A stretch of 62,704 nt of DNA, counting the filler, from Sanchytrium tribonematis (lineage: Eukaryota), in the NCBI GenBank assembly GCA_018985235.1. It is 13 parts of 13 records of this genome, joined end to end, with 100 filler letters (N's around TTAATTAATTAA, not from the genome) between each part and the next. Parts side by side here need not be neighbours in the genome. Positions count along the whole stretch, not along the records: positions 53,261 to 57,934 come from JADGIG010000692.1; positions 58,035 to 62,704 come from JADGIG010000693.1; 11 more parts are not named here. One strand, 5' to 3'. Numbering within the stretch: position 1 is the stretch's first letter; the number at the start of each line of letters is the position of its first letter. Made by a program: the position numbers and the translations under genes. Shown piece by piece: positions 57,320-62,704 of the stretch. Under the pieces are notes generated by a model that was not told where the DNA came from, did no database searches, and saw only the letters and a program-made list of their open reading frames with translations.

Positions 57320-57934
57320 AAATTATTTATTTTAAAAACAATTAATAATTTGCCAGTTCTACCATGATCTGGATGCAATTGATGATGAAATGCTTGTTTA
57401 TAATATGAATATCATAAATAGCTTCAACATTACCTCCAAAAAAAATCCAATTGATCCAGCACTTTTTTTTATTTGGTTTTAGAAAGCCATTGACCCAAAT
57501 GAAATCCATTTAAAGGAACAGATTTAATAATAATGCATCTAAATCCAATTCAGCAGACATTCCAGCACATAGATCATATAGTTAAATAGTTGCATTTGTG
57601 GATTTTTTTTGATTAAATCATTTATTAATGAACCACCTATGACAATATCAGCATCTTTGCCATTGGTAATTCTTTAATTTAATGTATAGTATCTGATTTA
57701 GTGCAAATCACATGATGCGCACCAATTTGTTTTAAATGATTCACGACATCAGGAGATCTACAAATGGCAATCACTTTGGCACAATGCGTGTTGCATATTT
57801 AAAAGCCATTTTTCCCAATGTCGAATTAGCAGCAGAAATTATTATAAATTTGTCTTTTAAATCCATTAATTTTGACATTTCACCAAATAATCCTAATATG
57901 GTAAATGGATTCACAAATAATTGAAATGCTTGTT
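57320..57934 (-). pseudogene. MDR-family (quinone oxidoreductase / enoyl reductase-like) pseudogene
   Basis: Fragments FVNPFT, SAANSTLGKM, LKQIGAHHVI, TNGKDADIVI, GFHLGQW and GRTGKLLI across frameshifts and stops. Confidence 0.75.
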
Positions 57935-58034
57935 NNNNNNNNNNNNNNNNNNNNNNNNNNNNNNNNNNNNNNNNNNNNTTAATTAATTAANNNNNNNNNN
58001 NNNNNNNNNNNNNNNNNNNNNNNNNNNNNNNNNN

Positions 58035-58111
58035 ATCCCCTCGTGACCCCTCGTGACCCCCCTTGGGTCTACAGGGTCAAAACTGCTCCCGTCGGAGTAT
58101 AACCTACAACA
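58035..58111 (-). repeat. Start of the 3' LTR of the minus-strand Gypsy element
   Basis: On the minus strand, integrase stop, then polypurine tract AAGAAAGAGGGA, then TGTTGTAGG; contains a CCCCTCGTGA tandem. Confidence 0.6.
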
Positions 58112-58122
58112 TCCCTCTTTCT

Positions 58123-58765
58123 TTAAAAAGGCCTCCATAACAGTTTGCGGCTTTTAATGGACTTAGATCCATTTTTCTCTTTCACTAAGACTTTCTTTGA
58201 ATCTTTTCCAAAGAACTTAAGTATTGTAACCATGTCATCTTCTAGCTTATCTTCTAGCTTACGACCTGGAATTGTTTTTACCACGTATACTTTATCACCA
58301 ATCTGTAAATCAATCGCAGCCCTTTTGCTATTGCACTTGTCCACAACTCCTTTTCGAGTTTTCCAAGCTGCATCCATAGCATGCTCACGAATTGCCTTTA
58401 CATTTTCTAAATCCATGCCACTATCTGAGCATTTTGCAAAGACTAGTGCATACGGCGTATACCCAACAATTCTATGTCTTGTGCTATTATAGCCATACAA
58501 TGCCATAGCTAAACACTCAGTCCATTTTAGATTCTGGGTGTGCCTAATTGCCTTAATCCTTGTCATTAGAGTTTTATGAACTCTTTCTATTGGATTCATT
58601 TCAGGCGAATATGGCGCAGTACTTTGAATCTTAGTATTATATTTATCTTCTAACATTTTAATGACTTCATTAAATGATCTGTCATTATCAGATATAAACT
58701 CCTTAGGAAAACCAAATATACTCGCCCATGCATCCAAGAATGCGGTGGTAAAAGCATATCAACTA
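58123..58765 (-). mobile_element. Ty3/Gypsy integrase C-terminal fragment
   Basis: GFPKEFISDN, TAPYSPEMNPIERVHKTL, YNSTRH, TPY. Confidence 0.9.
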
Positions 58766-61700
58766 TATGCAATCGATGTCAAGAATCACACTTTAGTATT
58801 CAATGGAAAACCTTTCAAATATGGAAGGAAATTAACACAAGGCCAAGTTGAAAAAAGTCTATATCAAATTGTTGAAGAAGATAGGGATTACACAAAAGAC
58901 TTCTTAGATAACATGGGATTGGGGAATTTACAGGAAATACCAGATCTACATACGGAATCCCAATTTGACATTAAGAAGATTCAATTTGGGTTCTTCTTTC
59001 ATGATAGAATGTCAAAACCACAACAACAACGTGTCCTTAATGCATTTCAAGAATATTCTGATTTATTTGACAGTATTTTACGATACAACAAACGCTGTCC
59101 ACGCAAGTTTGAAATTAAGCTCAAAAGCACCAAAATCTTCACCCAAAAACCGCTAGCCATGGGGCCAATTAAAACCAAGGCTGCAGACAAAGAATTGACA
59201 AAGTTGGAAAAACTCGAACTCATTGAACATTCAGATAGTCCCTATGCATCTCCCATTGTGTTGATACGCACACCCAATGGAGATTGGCGTATGTGTGTGG
59301 ACTACAGATGGCTGAATTCCATTACCGAGGCTATGTCGTATACGATCCCTAAGATAGATGAAGCTCTGAGAAAATTGTTTGGATTTAAGGTATTTATTAC
59401 ATTAGACTTACTAAAAGGTTTCTATCAGATTCCACTACACCCTGACGCCGTCAAATACACGAATTTCTGTACGCACAGAGGAACTTTCCAGTTCCGGGTG
59501 CTACCATTTGGCCTATGTAATGCTCCACGGTTTTTCCAATTAATTATCGCAGAGGCATTCTTTAAACTAAAGGAATGGGTGGATTATTATTGCAAAAGGC
59601 ACAGATTCAGATACTCTAATTGATACAATGCTAGAAGTCTTTAAAGTTTTACGCAATTAGGGATTCAAGGTCAACTTGGAAAAATCAGTATTCTTTACTG
59701 AAGATTTTAACTACTTGGGTTATCATTTCATTAGTCAATCTATTAGGCCCTTGGAAACAAAATTAGCTGCTTTGAAGAATTTCCCATCACCAACCACTAA
59801 AACAGAATTACGCTCATTTTTGGGATTGAGCAATGTCTTTAGGAAATTCATAAGGAATTATGCTGGTTTAACAGAGAATTTACACAAATTAACCCAGAAA
59901 TCTCAACCAAATGTACTAGTATGGCAACCAGAACATGAACAAGCTAAGAACCAAATTATCAAAATTATTTGCGAGAGTCATGACTGCGAATTACACCATC
60001 TAGATCCACAAGTGCCATATGATTTGTATACAGATGCTTCCAAGAAATGCCTGTCAGCAGTATTAATACAAGAAGGAAAATTGATAGAATGTGCTTCTAG
60101 GCAATTAAAGAAATATCAGACCTCATACCATGTACGAGAACTCGAGTTGAGTTCCATCGTTTTTGGGTTAGAGAAGTTCAAGCATCTCATAGAGGGTGCA
60201 CAATTCGAATTCATTGTGACCACAAAAGCCTATCAAATTTACACAGGCTCAAACTTTCAGATCGCCTCATTCGTTGGTTTCTGACCTTGTTATCCTTTGA
60301 TTATACTGTACAGTATATTGAAGGTGAAAAGAATGTACTTACAGACGCATTTTCGCGTATTCGCCACAGACTTGAATCAGACAAAATGCCACATGAAACA
60401 GAAATTCGAGCATCAGACCAAGAAGTAGGACAGATTCTGGCTCTCACATTGAAGTATATCAAAGGACCCCACGTTAGGACAGCAACGCAAGGATTTTGAA
60501 ATGGCTGATGTAGAACAAATTAGTGAAAATGATGAATTTAGCAATGCTATTACCAGAGATTTGGCTCTGCCTCAAGACTTTCATACTTGGAAAGGCCAAG
60601 AACATTTACTACTTCCAGAACAAACTCAGAAATTAAGGGCACAAAGAGAATCATGGGCACCATTGATAGAAGGTGCTGTTGAAATTACCGAATTAGCGGA
60701 TAAGCGTTACTATATTAGTATAGTCCATGACCTGACTCATTTTGCCCTCACTAAAACGTTAAAAATATTAAAACAATATGTCCATTGGCCAAATATGTAT
60801 AGTGATGTCAAACGATTTATTGATAGTTGCATCGTTTGTGGAATGTACAAGAAGAAACTCATCTACTCACAACTAGTTATCCCTGGGAAAGTGCCAATCC
60901 CTCATTTGGGTGGAACACCATTCAATTACATTCGAGTCGACATCAAAGATATGCATCCTATAATAAATCAGTCAGACGAACAGATTTCCAAGTTATTAAC
61001 CATTGTGGATGTGTACAGCAATTGGGTCGAAGCCAATCCGTTGGTCAGTGAATCGGCAGAAAAAACTACAGAGAAATTCCAAAATGAATGCGTGTTTAGA
61101 TGTGGATGGTGTCGTAGCAGATAATGGGAAGAATTTGCGAGGAATATTCGCATTGTGCCATGAAAATGGAGCTGTTATTGAAAACAATTCACCCAAATAT
61201 AGTCAGGGTCATGGTCAAGTTGAGAGTATGAACCGCTCCTTGGAAGAATTGAATCAACGCTGCCTATCTGCTCAACAGAATTGGTTGTACGAGCTGCCAA
61301 GATTCCTCTTTGGTGTGCGTATATCAAGCTATAAAGCCATATTCGGGTCGCTCCCGAGGCTTGGAAGGGGACCCAAAAATGCCATGGGCAATCCTGGATT
61401 GGTGTCTCATTTAGATGCAGTTGGTGGGGGTCGCACACCCGTAAATCCCGGCATCCCCCAGGAACAACACGTTCAAGTCATCCGCGGGAGACTACGCGCC
61501 TGCCTAGATAGATACAATAAACGCGCTGTGCATTCTAAGATTGAAATTGGAAGTGTTGTGAGAGTTGTTGTTGAAGGCATTAAAGGCCACAACAAATGGA
61601 TTGGCCTTTGGTAGTCATAGGCATTGGCAATGACTCGGGCATCCTCCTTTCAAATGGTATGTTACGAAATGTGCATCAATTATCATTGATATCGATGCAG

Positions 61701-62096
61701 AAGATGGATACTAAAACTATTAATACACTATTAGATGATCTGATGAAAGGTAATCGTTCTTACGTAGGGAAAAATGGGGAGGTGGTTCGTTGGACTCCGG
61801 AAACAACACATCGGTTCATTTCGGATATCCCTGAATATGACGACACCTTTGCGCTTAACTTGAACATTAACAAAGAGAAGAAAGAGAAGTGAGATTTTAC
61901 ATGGTTTTTATTGCAGGAGAATCCATGCTTTTTCCCTTGATGTTTGTCATTCTTCTGTGATTTCCTTAAGGCTACGCCCGTCAATCAAAAGAGAGTAATG
62001 GGGATGTAGTGTGATCCTACTGGCTAATAATACTTGTTCATATAGGGGGGGGGGTTTGATGACAACTAATAAAGACCTTTTTTACGTATTATGATA
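58766..62096 (+). mobile_element. Degenerate Ty3/Gypsy pol (protease end, RT, RNase H, integrase) with PPT and LTR start near 62005
   Basis: SPYASPIVL, WRMCVDYRWLN, LDLLKGFYQI, LPFGLCNAP (YxDD segment lost), YTDAS, ELEL, H..H..CIVC, GQVESMN; several frameshifts; purine tract then TGTAGTG. Confidence 0.9.
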
Positions 62097-62704
62097 CTAG
62101 AATACTATCCCCTCTTTTTTCTTAAATTGTCTTTTCCTGCTTTTCTTAACAAGTACTTTGTCCTTAGATTGCTCTGAAGGCCAATCTATTTGAGACAATT
62201 TAAATAAGTCTATGTTGTCTATCTTTTCAGATGTATCCTTCTGTTGAACAGGTTCTCTTTTTCTAAAATTATAAGAATTAAGTTGTATTATTTCTTCAAC
62301 AGAATCTCGACTAAGTACATCTGCAACGGGATTATTAACACCCTTAATATAACAGATTGTAAAGTCATATTGCTGCAAATTCATTTCCCAGCGCGCTAAA
62401 CGGCCCTTTTGTTTAATTGCCTTGTACTGACTTATTCCAAATTTAAATTTAGTTTTCTTCGACAAAAGTCTATTCAACTGTGCAATCATTGTTGAATAAC
62501 CGGGGATAAAATTTCAATAATATGAAGCCATTCCTAAAATCTTCTCAACGCTCTCTGCGTTTTAGGTATAGGCAAATCTCTTATTGCCTTGACCTTATCC
62601 ATAGATTTTTGTATTCCAAGGCCACTTACCTTGTAACTTAGGTATTCGATAGATTCGAATCCGAAATCACATTTCTTGGCCCGAATATGAAGATTATTAG
62701 CTTC
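62097..62704 (-). mobile_element. Degenerate Ty3/Gypsy RT-thumb / RNase H fragment
   Basis: KKCDFG..IEYL, GMASYY, RLARW...YDFTICYIKGVNNPVADVLSR; RNase H core deleted. Confidence 0.85.

Noticed and set aside
1..62704. CRISPR arrays, rRNA or tRNA genes, prokaryotic operons
   Set aside because: None recognised by eye; tRNAscan-SE or Infernal would be needed to exclude small RNAs.

Overview
AT-rich, gene-dense eukaryotic DNA, most likely from an early-diverging fungus. Fungal-type Nrd1/Seb1, CAP10, App1-like, BPL1 and ADAM genes are present; a compact sanchytrid-like or chytrid-like parasite is my unverified guess. The window is not one locus. It is 13 contigs of 4.79 to 4.67 kb, sorted by decreasing length and joined by an artificial 100-nt linker (44 N + TTAATTAATTAA + 44 N), so adjacency across linkers is meaningless. 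It holds housekeeping genes (PNP, ROK1, ELO elongase, JMJD6, DAO, BPL1, SLY1, ASN, stomatin), many lineage-specific secreted or LRR genes, several pseudogenes, one non-LTR retroelement, Ty3/Gypsy fragments and a MITE. Best leads: (1) three GT-AG introns of only 19, 19 and 20 nt whose removal restores conserved protein sequence; (2) a LINE polyprotein (APE-RT-RNase H) preceded by tandem ubiquitin-like domains ending in di-Gly; (3) a secreted protein with a CAE...CxxC deaminase-like signature; (4) a Nrd1/Seb1 protein with a tandemly duplicated RNA-binding module.
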